This document shows, one piece after another, positions 15,390 to 25,224 of a stretch of 64,000 bases of DNA; positions within the stretch are counted from its first letter, which is position 1; every line of letters starts with the position of its first letter. Source of the DNA: Methanomassiliicoccaceae archaeon. Its GTDB lineage: Archaea > Thermoplasmatota > Thermoplasmata > Methanomassiliicoccales > Methanomassiliicoccaceae. A model generated the notes under the pieces. That model saw nothing but the letters and a program-made list of their open reading frames with translations, searched no databases and had not been told where the DNA came from. A program made the translations under genes and the position numbers. Location of the stretch: positions 1,076,257 to 1,140,256 of the forward strand of contig OY760646.1 of NCBI GenBank assembly GCA_963663855.1. The letters run 5' to 3'.

Positions 15390-17387
15390 TCAAGGGTGGC
15401 CGCTCCCCGGGACGAGCACATCCCTTACCAGACATATCTGGTTCCAGAACTCGATGCGCTCTATGGCGACAGCTATCTGGCTGGCGAAGGCATTGAGAAG
15501 CCGTTCTTGCTCCAGCCTCCTCACCCTTTCCTTTTGCTCCGCCCCGATGCCCATGACCCCCACCACGCCGTTGGGCGTCCTCAGCGCGTAGTACTTCAGC
15601 GCGGCCGTGGACAGGGTGTCCGTGTCCCGACCTGAGGATGTCCCATTCTTTAATGTCCAGTAGGCGGCGGTCAGCTCCTTCTCGTCCATATCGATATTAT
15701 CGGAGGAGTGCACCACCGCGAGGTAGCTGCCCTGAGGAAGGAGGAACACCGAGCGGCCGTGGAGAGTGGAGCGTACGTGACCGCCCACCACCTCGCATGC
15801 CACCCGCACATCGTTGACGCTGGCCAGGTGATTGCTCAAAGCGAGGAGCGTCGCGGTGTACTCCTCCCGGCGCTTGGCCGCGGAGGCGTAGTCGCGGGAG
15901 CGAGACACCAGGAAGCTGATGACCGCTCCCACCACCATGAAGGCGATGAACGTGACGGCGTACTGGGTGTCCGTCACCCGCAGGCTCAGGTACGGCGGGA
16001 TGAAGATCATATCGAACACCACCACGCTGAGCCCGGCGGTGAATATGGCCGACCACATGCCCCACGTGATGGCGGCCACCACCACGCCTATGAGATAGAA
16101 CATCACGATATTGGTCGGTGAGAGGTACGGGCGCAGGAGCAACGCGAGGAAAGAAATAGCGAGCACCAGCCATATGCTGTAAAAGTACTTGTTCCGCAGC
16201 ATCGGTCGGAGGGGCAGAGGCTCCTTCTCCTCGACGCCCTCCTCCGGCCGAGCGCTGATGATAAGGATGTCCATGGGGCTGCCCAGGAGGACGATACGGT
16301 TGGCCAGGGAGCCGAAGATCACATCCTGCCAGTAGGGGCGGATGGGCTTGCCCACGATGATCCTCGTTACGTTGTGCTCGCGCGCGTAGCGCACCACCTC
16401 CTCAGCGATGGCGATGCCGAAGCTGGATGATGTCTTCGCCCCCATCTTGGCGGCGAGCTCCAGTCCCTGCATGGCCTGCATCTGCCGCTTCTTCGATAAC
16501 CGGTTGTGCGCCGGCGTCTCCACGTACAGCACGTGCCACTCCGCGCTCAGCTCATCGGCCAGGCGACGAGCGTTGCGTATAAGCTTCTCGTTGAGGTCGG
16601 TATTGTTGCCAATGCAGACCAGGAGGGTCTCGCCGGCCGGCCACGGTCCCGGGATGGAGCGCGAGCGCATGTACTCCAGCATCTGCTCGTCGATGTGCTC
16701 CGCGGCCCTCCGCAGGGTCATCTCCCGCAGCGCGATGAGGTTGCCAGGATTGAAGAAGTTCTCCATGGCCAGCGCTGCCTGCGGCGGTATGTACACCTTC
16801 CCCTCCCGGAAGCGCTGCATCAGCTCCTCCGGCGGGAGGTCCACGATCTTGATCTCATCTGCCTGGTCTAGGACCGAGTCCGGGATGGTCTCCTGCACCT
16901 TGATCCCGGTGATCAGCGCCACCCGGTCGTTCATGCTCTCCAGGTGCTGGACGTTGAGCGTGGTGTACACATCGATCCCCGCCCCCAGCAGCTCCTGCAC
17001 GTCCTGGTAGCGCTTGGCGTGCCGGGAGCCGGGAGCGTTGGTATGGGCCAGCTCGTCCACCAGCACGAGGTGCGGCCTGCGCGCGAGAACGCGGTCCACG
17101 TCCGGCTCCATGAGCGTCATGCCGCGGTGCTCGGTCCGGCGCTGCGGCACCGCCTCCAGGCCGTCCAGCAGCCTCTCCGTCTCCCGGCGGCCGTGCGATT
17201 CCACGCACGCCACCACCACGTCCATGCCCTGGCGCGCCCGCTGGTGGGACTCCTCCAGCATGGTGTACGTCTTGCCGACCCCGGCCGAGTATCCCAGGAA
17301 TATCTTGAGCTTGCCTCGGGAGCGTTTCCTCTCCTCCTGCTCCACCTTCCTGAGCAGCTCATCCGGGTCTGGACGGCCATCGTTCAT
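15390..17387 (-). CDS. kdpD: KdpD sensor-domain protein (KdpD-N + Usp-like + 4-TM + GAF), lacking the HisKA/HATPase kinase core
   Basis: The N-terminus KLKIFLGYSAGVGKTYTMLEESHQRARQGMDVVVACVESHGRRET...ELAHTNAPGSRHAKRYQDVQELLGAGIDVYTTLNVQHLES aligns closely with E. coli KdpD residues about 20-230. Usp-like, 4-TM and GAF-like regions follow. The ORF stops where the kinase H-box would begin, and no kdpE follows. Confidence 0.85.
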   Translation of the reverse strand: MNDGRPDPDELLRKVEQEERKRSRGKLKIFLGYSAGVGKTYTMLEESHQRARQGMDVVVACVESHGRRETERLLDGLEAVPQRRTEHRGMTLMEPDVDRVLARRPHLVLVDELAHTNAPGSRHAKRYQDVQELLGAGIDVYTTLNVQHLESMNDRVALITGIKVQETIPDSVLDQADEIKIVDLPPEELMQRFREGKVYIPPQAALAMENFFNPGNLIALREMTLRRAAEHIDEQMLEYMRSRSIPGPWPAGETLLVCIGNNTDLNEKLIRNARRLADELSAEWHVLYVETPAHNRLSKKRQMQAMQGLELAAKMGAKTSSSFGIAIAEEVVRYAREHNVTRIIVGKPIRPYWQDVIFGSLANRIVLLGSPMDILIISARPEEGVEEKEPLPLRPMLRNKYFYSIWLVLAISFLALLLRPYLSPTNIVMFYLIGVVVAAITWGMWSAIFTAGLSVVVFDMIFIPPYLSLRVTDTQYAVTFIAFMVVGAVISFLVSRSRDYASAAKRREEYTATLLALSNHLASVNDVRVACEVVGGHVRSTLHGRSVFLLPQGSYLAVVHSSDNIDMDEKELTAAYWTLKNGTSSGRDTDTLSTAALKYYALRTPNGVVGVMGIGAEQKERVRRLEQERLLNAFASQIAVAIERIEFWNQICLVRDVLVPGSGHP

Positions 17388-17390
17388 GGA

Positions 17391-19793
17391 TCACGCACCT
17401 CCGCCCATGAGGATCTCGGCTATCGGTCCCAGCGCCAGGGTGAGGAAGTAACTTAAAGCTCCCAACAGTACGATCACGCCCAGCAGCCAGGAGATGAACA
17501 GCGGGGTGTGCGTGGGCAGCGAGCCGGGGGTGGGAGGCACGATCTTCCTCTGCCCCAGGGCGCCGGCCAGGGCCAGCGTGAGCGTCATGGCGGGATAGCG
17601 GCCCAGGAGCATGGCGAAGGCCAGGATCACATTGTAGAACGGTGTGTTCGCCGCGAGGCCGGCGAAGGCGCTGCCGTTGTTGTTGGCGGCCGAGGAGAAC
17701 GCGTACAAGATCTCGGTGAACCCGTGAGGCCCAGGGTTCAAGGGACCAGCACGCCCATCAGGCAGCATGACCGCTATGGCCGTGCCTATCAGGACGATCA
17801 CGATGGGCAGGAGGATGATGATGGTACATAGCTTCATCTCGTACGGTCCGATCTTCTTGCCCAGATAGTCGGGCATGCGGCCGATCATCAGGCCGGCCAC
17901 GAACACCGCGATGAGGACGAAGACCAGCATCCCCGTGAGACCGGTGCCCGCTCCGCCGAAGACCACCTCTCCCAGCTGCATCGCCACCAGCGGAGAGAGA
18001 CCGCCCAGGGCGGTGTAGGAATCGTGCGTCGAGTCTACAGCTCCGCAGGACGTGGAGGTCGCCGCCACTGCGAAGGTGCATGATGGGACGACGCCGAACC
18101 GCATCTCCTTGCCCTCCATGCTGCCCCCGGCCTGCAGCTCGGTGGCGGTCTGGGAGACGCCCATGTCGGCGAACAGGGCATTACCGCCCTCCTCGGCCCA
18201 TATCGCCAGCCCTAGGAGCAGCACGAACAGCACCAGCATGGTGGTGAACAGGGCCGCGCCCTGCCGCCGGTCCTTGACCATCCTCCCAAAGGTGAAGCAC
18301 AGCCCAGCGGGGACGATGAGCATGGCCAGTATCTCGATGAGGTTCGTCAGGGCGCTGGGGTTCTCAAAGGGGTGGGCGGAGTTGGCGTTGAAGAAGCCCC
18401 CGCCGTTCGTTCCCAGCAGCTTAATCGCCTCCTGCGAGGCCACCGGCCCCAGGGGGATGTATTGTACCGTGATCGCCTGACCGGCGGGATCGACCACCGG
18501 CTGCAGCAGCTGCGCCTGCACCGTTCCGTCCAGCGTCTGGACGCAGCCCTGCGACACCAGGACCATGGCCAGCACGAACGATATCGGCAGGAGGATGAGC
18601 GTGGCCCGGGTGACGTCCCTCCAGAAGTTGCCCAGATCACCGGAGGAACGCTGGCGGATGCCTCTGATCAGCGCTATGGCCACCGTGAGCCCCGTGGCCG
18701 CTGACAGGAAGCTCTGGACCGTAAGCCCTACCATCTGCGTGAAGTAGCTCACCGTGGTCTCCCCGGCGTAGGACTGCCAGTCGGTGTTGGTGACGAAGCT
18801 CACCGCGGTGTTGAACGCTGTGTCCAGAGAGACAGGACCAAGGCCCGGGGGGTTGAACGGCAGGTACGGCTGCAGGAGTATGATGGCCAACAAGAAAAGG
18901 AAGCCCAGAAGGTTGAACAGCAGCAGGGAGAAGGCGTACATCCTCCACCCCATCCCTTCACCGGTCACCCTAGCCGGACGGAAGAGGTAGGACTCGACCT
19001 TCCGTAGCGGTCCTGCCGACTTACTTTCCTCACCATCGTAGGCGGCGGTGAGCAGCCGCCCCATCCCCACCGCGCCCAGCACCAGGGCGACCAGCAGGAC
19101 CGTGATGAAGGCCCAGTCCGCGGTGGTCATGCCCAGCACCCGCTCGTCCACCGCCTGCTGGGTAAGCACCGACGTGCCTTGACTGCTGGCCCCCATGTCG
19201 TCGAGCGCGAGATTTAGGTCCAGGACGTTCACGGTCCTCTCTCCCAGCACGCCGAACTGACGGTCCTGGGTGTTCACCTCGATGAGGAGCTTGACGACCT
19301 CCTCGCTCATGTTACGCTCCCTCGCCACCCGTGACAGCTGGTAGTAGGCGCTGGCCATGCTGATGTCGGGATCGAGCCCGCTGGCCGAGGCGGTGACCAG
19401 GTCGGACGGGATGGGCAGGGTGTTGTTCGGATCGACGGCGTGCAGCGCATCGATGCGGGCCTGGACGCGCTCCTCCAGTTCAGGGTTGCTTGCCGCCAGG
19501 TTGGAACCGCCGGACAGGGAGGCGTTGTACTCGTACGAGGGCGTGGCCGACGGCCGGCCCCAGAAGTACTTGGGATCGCTGAACGGCTGGCCTATCAGCT
19601 CCGAACCCACCACGGTGCCGTTCTCCACTATCGTGGAACCGTTGGCCTGGTGCGGGAACAGCAGCTGGGCCGCGCCGGTGACCACGAGCGGATAGACCAC
19701 GCCGGTCAGGACGGCCAGTATCAAGAAGAGCGTCACCGCCGTCCGTGCCTGGGACCTCAGCGCCCACCACAGGGACCTAAGGGAACCTACCAT
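17391..19793 (-). CDS. kdpCA: in-frame KdpC::KdpA fusion (potassium-transporting ATPase C subunit fused to the K+-channel-like A subunit)
   Basis: The first roughly 210 aa align with full-length KdpC (LTGVVYPLVVTGAAQLLFPHQANGS...IGQPF...GRPSAT...SGGSNLAASNPEL...VTASASGLDPDIS...LNLALD). A 21-aa linker (GASSQGTSVLTQQAVDERVLG) follows. The rest is full-length KdpA (MTTADWAFI...LDTAFNTAVSFVTNTDWQSYAGETTVSYFTQM...MEGKEMRFGV...GPHGFTEILYAFSSAANNNGSAFAGL...TLPTHTPLF). No stop separates them in the six-frame track. Start taken at the ATG at 19793 (GTG alternative at 19835). Confidence 0.8.
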   Translation of the reverse strand: MVGSLRSLWWALRSQARTAVTLFLILAVLTGVVYPLVVTGAAQLLFPHQANGSTIVENGTVVGSELIGQPFSDPKYFWGRPSATPSYEYNASLSGGSNLAASNPELEERVQARIDALHAVDPNNTLPIPSDLVTASASGLDPDISMASAYYQLSRVARERNMSEEVVKLLIEVNTQDRQFGVLGERTVNVLDLNLALDDMGASSQGTSVLTQQAVDERVLGMTTADWAFITVLLVALVLGAVGMGRLLTAAYDGEESKSAGPLRKVESYLFRPARVTGEGMGWRMYAFSLLLFNLLGFLFLLAIILLQPYLPFNPPGLGPVSLDTAFNTAVSFVTNTDWQSYAGETTVSYFTQMVGLTVQSFLSAATGLTVAIALIRGIRQRSSGDLGNFWRDVTRATLILLPISFVLAMVLVSQGCVQTLDGTVQAQLLQPVVDPAGQAITVQYIPLGPVASQEAIKLLGTNGGGFFNANSAHPFENPSALTNLIEILAMLIVPAGLCFTFGRMVKDRRQGAALFTTMLVLFVLLLGLAIWAEEGGNALFADMGVSQTATELQAGGSMEGKEMRFGVVPSCTFAVAATSTSCGAVDSTHDSYTALGGLSPLVAMQLGEVVFGGAGTGLTGMLVFVLIAVFVAGLMIGRMPDYLGKKIGPYEMKLCTIIILLPIVIVLIGTAIAVMLPDGRAGPLNPGPHGFTEILYAFSSAANNNGSAFAGLAANTPFYNVILAFAMLLGRYPAMTLTLALAGALGQRKIVPPTPGSLPTHTPLFISWLLGVIVLLGALSYFLTLALGPIAEILMGGGA

Positions 19794-19831
19794 GGTTACT
19801 TCGATGAGCTTCCTTCCCTGATCGATGATGC

Positions 19832-21955
19832 TCACGTTCCCACCCCCAGTAGGGTCAGGACGAGGTCGATGAGCTTGATGCCCAGGAACGGGACCAGCAG
19901 GCCGCCGCCACCGTAGACGAGGAGGTTGTTGCGCAGGGACCGCGCCGCGTCCATGGGTCGGTAGGTCACCCCTTTCAAGGCCAGGGGGATGAGCAGCACG
20001 ATGATGATGGCGTTGAAGATCACCGCCGACAGGATGGCGGCGTGGAGGTCCATGAAGTTCAGCCTTCCCAGCGCGGGGTAGATGCCCATGAAGGCCGCGG
20101 GGATGATGGCGAAGTACTTGGCCACATCGTTGGTGATGCTGAACGTGGTGAGCGCCCCGCGGGTCATGAGCAGCTGCTTACCGGTCTCCACGACCTCGAT
20201 GAGCTTGGTGGGGTCGCTGTCCAGGTCCACCATGTTGGCCGCCTCACGGGCGGGCTGGGTGCCGCTGTTCATGGCCACCGCCACGTCGGCCTGCGCCAGT
20301 GCCGGGGCGTCATTGGTGCCGTCCCCCGTCATGGCCACCAGCCTGCCGTCCGCCTGGTACTGGCGTATGAGGCTGAGCTTGTTCTCCGGGGTGGCCTCGG
20401 CCAGGTAGTCGTCCACACCGGCCTCCGCGGCGATGGCCGCCGCCGTGAGCTTGTTGTCGCCCGTTATCATGACCGTCTTGATGCCCATGCGGCGCAGCTG
20501 GGCGAACCTCTCCTTCATGCCCGGCTTGATGATGTCCTTGAGATGGACGATGCCAACGACCCTACAGTCCACCGCTATGACCAATGGGGTCCCTCCCGAG
20601 CGCGCGATCCCCTCCACCTTGCTCCTTATGATCGAGGGGATGGTGTTGTCAGCGCTGTGAACGTGCTTCTCGATGGCGTCCGTGGCCCCTTTGCGTATCT
20701 TGTGCCCATCCACGTCGACCCCGCTCATCCTGGTGTGAGCGCTGAAGGGGATGAACTCCATTCCCTGGTCGTTCCTCCATCCATCCTCATGACCGATGAC
20801 GCCATACTTCTCCCGGGCCAGGGTCACGATGCTCCGCCCCTCGGGGGTCTCATCGGCGATGGAGGACAGCAGCGCGAACTCCGCGACCTTGCCGGGGTCC
20901 TCCCCTTCCCCAGGCACGATCTCCACCGCCTGCCGGTTGCCGAAGGTGATCGTACCGGTCTTGTCCAGCAGCAGGACGTCCACGTCTCCCGCGGCCTCGA
21001 TGGCCTGCCCGGAGAAGGCGATGACGTTCTTCTGGATGAGGCGGTCCATGCCCGCGATTCCAATGGCGCTCAGCAGACCTCCTATGGTGGTGGGCGCCAG
21101 GCACACCAGGAGGGCGATGGCCACCGCCAGCGTGATGGGGCTACCCTGGCCGGAGATCTCCACGCTGTAAGCGGACAGCGGCAGCAGGGTTATGCACACG
21201 ATGATGAACACCACCGTGAGGCCGATCAGCAAGGTGGTCAGGGCGATCTCGTTGGGGGTCCGCTGCCGCTTGGCCCCCTCGATGAGGGAGATCATCTTGT
21301 CCATGAACCCTTCACCGGGGTCCGAGACGGACCTGACTACCAGCCAGTCCGAGAGAAGGCGGGTGCCGCCGGTCACCGCGCTGCGGTCCCCGCCCGACTC
21401 GCGGATGACAGGCGCGCTCTCACCGGTGATGGCGCTCTCGTCCACGGAGGCAGCGCCCTCCACCACCTCGCCGTCCACCGGGATGATGTCCCCGGCCTTC
21501 ACGAAGAACAGGTCACCCTTGCGAAGCTCGGAAGAGGACGTCAGAACATGGTCCGGATCGCCGGGCGGCACCCCGGCGCCGATGTTGAATCCCTCCCGAA
21601 GCTTCTTCGCCTCGATGGTGGTGCGCATGCTGCGCAGAGCATCGGCCTGCGCCCTGCCCCGCCCCTCGGCCAATGCTTCGGAGTAATTGGCGAAGATGAC
21701 CGTGAACCACAGCCACAAGGATATCAGGCCTACGGTCAAGGAAGAAGCACCCCCTTGGCCGAACAGGGATTGCAGGAATAGAAGGGTGGTGATGGCGCTG
21801 CCGACCTCCACCACGAACATCACGGGATTGTGGACCATGTGACGGGGGTCGAGCTTAAGGACGGACTGCCCCATGGCCAGGCGCCTTATCCTCTTCTGCT
21901 CCTCTGTGCTGACCCCTCGCACCCGCTTCCGACGTTTCGTATTGGGTTCCACCAT
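19832..21955 (-). CDS. kdpB: potassium-transporting P-type ATPase catalytic subunit KdpB
   Basis: 707 aa with the P-type ATPase hallmarks [32 protein letters not shown] and a KdpB-like N-terminus ([11 protein letters not shown]). Confidence 0.9.
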   Translation of the reverse strand: MVEPNTKRRKRVRGVSTEEQKRIRRLAMGQSVLKLDPRHMVHNPVMFVVEVGSAITTLLFLQSLFGQGGASSLTVGLISLWLWFTVIFANYSEALAEGRGRAQADALRSMRTTIEAKKLREGFNIGAGVPPGDPDHVLTSSSELRKGDLFFVKAGDIIPVDGEVVEGAASVDESAITGESAPVIRESGGDRSAVTGGTRLLSDWLVVRSVSDPGEGFMDKMISLIEGAKRQRTPNEIALTTLLIGLTVVFIIVCITLLPLSAYSVEISGQGSPITLAVAIALLVCLAPTTIGGLLSAIGIAGMDRLIQKNVIAFSGQAIEAAGDVDVLLLDKTGTITFGNRQAVEIVPGEGEDPGKVAEFALLSSIADETPEGRSIVTLAREKYGVIGHEDGWRNDQGMEFIPFSAHTRMSGVDVDGHKIRKGATDAIEKHVHSADNTIPSIIRSKVEGIARSGGTPLVIAVDCRVVGIVHLKDIIKPGMKERFAQLRRMGIKTVMITGDNKLTAAAIAAEAGVDDYLAEATPENKLSLIRQYQADGRLVAMTGDGTNDAPALAQADVAVAMNSGTQPAREAANMVDLDSDPTKLIEVVETGKQLLMTRGALTTFSITNDVAKYFAIIPAAFMGIYPALGRLNFMDLHAAILSAVIFNAIIIVLLIPLALKGVTYRPMDAARSLRNNLLVYGGGGLLVPFLGIKLIDLVLTLLGVGT

Positions 21956-22291
21956 TTTATCGCCAGCTCGGATCTAAGCTGCTGAGGTGTTTCCCCATCA
22001 ATATTTTTCTTGATAATATATGTATGTTTTAACAACCCTACTATAATTAGACATTTATCCATAGCAGTGGACATAAAAGACCAATGATGATAGGGCAGCG
22101 AGGAGCACTTTCAAGATTATATCGTCCGGCCAGCATCTTGACCCGAGGTTGGGGACGGCCTAGAACTGACCCCATCCTAATAGGCCAAAAAACCGGGGTG
22201 GAGAATGGGACCTGACCTTCCGGCCCCTTTTCATATCCAGTCGGATTCTTTGGAAGAAGGTCAGGCGGCCCTAACGGGCCTCTGGCCGCTC

Positions 22292-23440
22292 TCAGCGGTA
22301 CGCCGGGTGGGTCATCTCGTCCCGCCCATGGTGCAGCGCCGAGGTCATCTTCTGCTCTTCCTCGAGAGCGCGCACCGGGTTGGGACCAAGCTCGACGATC
22401 TTGGAGACGAAGTCCTGCACCACGGTGCGGTAGCGGTACGGCTCGTCGCCATCGACCCACTCCACCGCCAGCCGGGCGGTGTCGAAGCCCAGTTGCTCGA
22501 GCAGCTTGTTCAGCAGGACCATGCGGTTCCTCGTTCGAACATTGCCACCCTTGTAGTGGCAATTACCTTCCGTCCCGCCGAGCACCAGCACGCCGTCCAC
22601 CCCGCGCGACATGGCGCGCATGATCCACTCGGGATCGACCCTCGCCGAGCACGGCGTCCGTATAACGCGGAACGTGGGCTCCATCTGCATCCTCTTTAGC
22701 CCGACCATATCTGCCGCGGGGTAGGAGCACCAGTGGCAGGCGAACACGAGTACGGCCGGGAACGGCGTCTTGGAGTAGAGGAGGCCCTCGGTGAAGGCGT
22801 CCACCTCGGCGATCACTTCCTCATTGGTGAACCCCTCCAGGTTCAGCGCCCCGGACGGGCAGGCCGCCACGCACGCGCCACATGCCTTGCACTCCGAGCG
22901 ATCGACCTGCGCGACGCGGTGCCCCTCGGTGGTCGGCCGTAACTCGATGAGGCCGGCCTTGCAGGTGGTGGCACATATGCCACAACCGGAGCACAGCTCC
23001 TCATCCACCGCCGCCCCCGGGCCGTACCGGGAGGGGGACATCTTGCGCGATCGGGCGATGGACATCGACAGCTGGTCCATGGCCTTGGTGGTGGCGTCCT
23101 TCTCCTCTAGCGAGTGTATCCACGCCACCTGTTCGCGCAGGTTGGATTGCTCCACCATGAAGCGGTTGATGCCCGCCCGCTCCGCCGCCTCCTGGAACTC
23201 CGGGAGGTAAGCTCGCGGGGAGCACGCCGCCACCACGATGCGATCGAGGCCGTTGGCGCGGATGGCCTCGGTGACCTTCTCCCGCGCCTGGGGCGAGCAC
23301 AGCAGGTCCGCCTGGTCCACGTGCACCACGCCCTCCTCCTGGTGAGCGAGCTCACGCAGCTTGCCGTAGTCGATGAGCTTCTCGATGGTCCGTCCGCAGT
23401 CACAGAAGAAAACGCCGATCCTAGGGGTCGTGCTCGCCAT
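22292..23440 (-). CDS. iron-sulfur protein: HdrA-C-terminal-like segment + 2x[4Fe-4S] ferredoxin + MvhD/FlpD domain
   Basis: ATG at 23440 with a GGAGGT SD. Contains IGVFFCDCG...RIVVAACSP; two CxxCxxCxxxCP motifs (CSGCGICATTCKAG, CKACGACVAACPSGA); and a C-terminal MvhD-like VLVFACHWCSYPAADMVGL...TPCSARVDPEWIMRAMSRGVDGVLVLGGTEGNCHYKGGN. Confidence 0.65.
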   Translation of the reverse strand: MASTTPRIGVFFCDCGRTIEKLIDYGKLRELAHQEEGVVHVDQADLLCSPQAREKVTEAIRANGLDRIVVAACSPRAYLPEFQEAAERAGINRFMVEQSNLREQVAWIHSLEEKDATTKAMDQLSMSIARSRKMSPSRYGPGAAVDEELCSGCGICATTCKAGLIELRPTTEGHRVAQVDRSECKACGACVAACPSGALNLEGFTNEEVIAEVDAFTEGLLYSKTPFPAVLVFACHWCSYPAADMVGLKRMQMEPTFRVIRTPCSARVDPEWIMRAMSRGVDGVLVLGGTEGNCHYKGGNVRTRNRMVLLNKLLEQLGFDTARLAVEWVDGDEPYRYRTVVQDFVSKIVELGPNPVRALEEEQKMTSALHHGRDEMTHPAYR

Positions 23441-23663
23441 GAGGGAACCTCCGATACTGGAGTACTCTGTGTGATGCCGAGCGTAGATAAAAGTATGTCC
23501 CCGGAATCGGCAGCGGAACCGCGCCATGTTCCGAGGAACGTGGGCATACGACGATTGGCGTGGTCCGACCAGGTTGCCAGACGTCTCGAGCGTGGTACGA
23601 GCATTGTCGATGGTCGATATTATGGATGATGGTCGCGTGAGGAACTATTTATCCTACTAGGGA

Positions 23664-25217
23664 ATGGAACCCGGGGGGCTCCTGATCCGGTTCGAGGAGA
23701 GGACGAAGCTCATTGTCATCGTTTTACTCCTTAGCGTAGCGACCTTCGCCACGTTCTACTTCCACATGGTGCTGCAGGTGGGCACCATCTTTACCCAGTT
23801 CTTCTACCTGCCGCTGGCGCTGGGCGCGCTTTGGTACCGCCGCCACTCCATCCTGATGGTAACGTATCTATCGGGCCTGTTGGTGGTGACGGACATCTAC
23901 CTGTGGGACATGCGCATGCTGTCCGACGACGTGCTGCGCACCGCCTTCTTCCTGCTGGTGATCATCGTGGTGTCCTACTTGAGCGATGGATTGGCCCGGT
24001 CGAAGAGGGACCTCATGGTGGCGAATGGTCGGCTGGAATCGGAGGTCGACCGCCGGACCGGGGAGCTGCAGAAAGCGAACGCCGAACTGAGGCAGGAGCT
24101 GGAGAGGCGGCAGAAGGCCGAGGGCCTGCTGGCCGCGGAGACCGGGAGGCTTCAGGTGACGTTGTCCAGCATCGGCGACGGGGTGGTGGTCACCGATAAC
24201 GAGGGGCGGGCGGTCATGATGAACGAGCGCGCCGAGCACCTGACCGGACGCACCATAAGCGAGGTCCGGGGCCGAGTGGTCGGTGATGTGCTCCCCTCCG
24301 TCGATGCCACGGGTGAGATGCAGAGCCCCACCTCGCGCTCCCTGGCCGACGCCAGCGTCCACGCCCTGGACGGCCTGGCGCTCATCCGGCCGGACGGCAG
24401 CCGGGTGCCGCTCACCGGGACGGTGGCACCGATCCGCATGGACGGCGAGACCATCGGCGCGGTGACGGTGCTGCGCGACGATTCGGTGAGGGACCGGCTG
24501 AGGGAGCAGATGGCCCGCGCCAACCGCGTCCGCGTGCTGGAGCTGATGGCCCGGGGCGTCGCGCACGACCTCAACAACATCCTCACGGTGATGTCCAACA
24601 ACCTCTCGCTGGTGCGCCTGCGGACGCAGGGCGATGACCTGGTGAGGAATAACCTTGACGAGGCGGACCGGGCCACGGAGCGCGCTCGAGAGCTCACCGA
24701 TCAGCTTCGAGCATTGGCCAAGGCCGACAAGCCCGACCTCAAGGTGGTGTCCCTGGCCCCGGTGGTGAAAGAGGAAGTAGAGTTCCACCTCCAGGGCTCG
24801 GGCGTGAACGTCACGATGGAGATGGACGAGGGTATGTGGAGCGTCATGGCCGACCAGGCGCAGGTCCGCCGGGTGCTGAGCAACCTGGTCATCAACGCCC
24901 GGCAGGAGCTGGGCTCAGGGGGCGAGCTCAGGGTGCGCGGCGAGAACATGCTGGTGCCGAGGGACGATGGTGCTCTGGCCCCGGACCGCTACGTCCGGAT
25001 ATCGCTGCAGGACAACGGGCGGGGCATCGCCCCCGAGGACCTGGACCGCATCTTCGAGCCGTACTACACCACCAAGAAGAAGGGCAGCGGTCTCGGCCTG
25101 TCGATCGCCCAGTCCATCGTCCTGGGGCACCATGGACACCTGCTGGTCGATTCCAAGCAAGGAGAGGGAACGACGTTCTCCGTCCTCCTTCCGGCCGCGG
25201 GCGGGTCGCTTACCTGA
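23664..25217 (+). CDS. sensor histidine kinase (4-TM N-terminus, PAS, HisKA, HATPase_c)
   Basis: N-terminal hydrophobic helices; the PAS-like ITDNEGRAVMMNERAEHLTGRT; H-box ARGVAHDLNNILTVM; ATPase G-boxes NLVINARQELGSGGEL...QDNGRGIAPEDLDRIFEPYYTTK...GSGLGLS. Confidence 0.85.
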   Translation: MEPGGLLIRFEERTKLIVIVLLLSVATFATFYFHMVLQVGTIFTQFFYLPLALGALWYRRHSILMVTYLSGLLVVTDIYLWDMRMLSDDVLRTAFFLLVIIVVSYLSDGLARSKRDLMVANGRLESEVDRRTGELQKANAELRQELERRQKAEGLLAAETGRLQVTLSSIGDGVVVTDNEGRAVMMNERAEHLTGRTISEVRGRVVGDVLPSVDATGEMQSPTSRSLADASVHALDGLALIRPDGSRVPLTGTVAPIRMDGETIGAVTVLRDDSVRDRLREQMARANRVRVLELMARGVAHDLNNILTVMSNNLSLVRLRTQGDDLVRNNLDEADRATERARELTDQLRALAKADKPDLKVVSLAPVVKEEVEFHLQGSGVNVTMEMDEGMWSVMADQAQVRRVLSNLVINARQELGSGGELRVRGENMLVPRDDGALAPDRYVRISLQDNGRGIAPEDLDRIFEPYYTTKKKGSGLGLSIAQSIVLGHHGHLLVDSKQGEGTTFSVLLPAAGGSLT

Positions 25218-25224
25218 TCGAACG

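Noticed and set aside
21956-22074. A KdpF-like small hydrophobic peptide upstream of kdpB (the 13-codon [16 protein letters not shown] and the 62-aa ORF at 21886..22074).
   Set aside because: Neither is hydrophobic or TM-like. The 62-aa ORF overlaps the kdpB start in another frame. No credible kdpF was found.
22183-22232. Putative hairpin terminator downstream of the HdrA/MvhD-like gene (ggccaaaaaaccgggg...ccggcccctttt).
   Set aside because: The arms are not truly complementary: only GGGG/CCCC and a self-complementary CCGG pair, with a 20-nt loop. Only the T-runs are credible, so it is not called as a feature.
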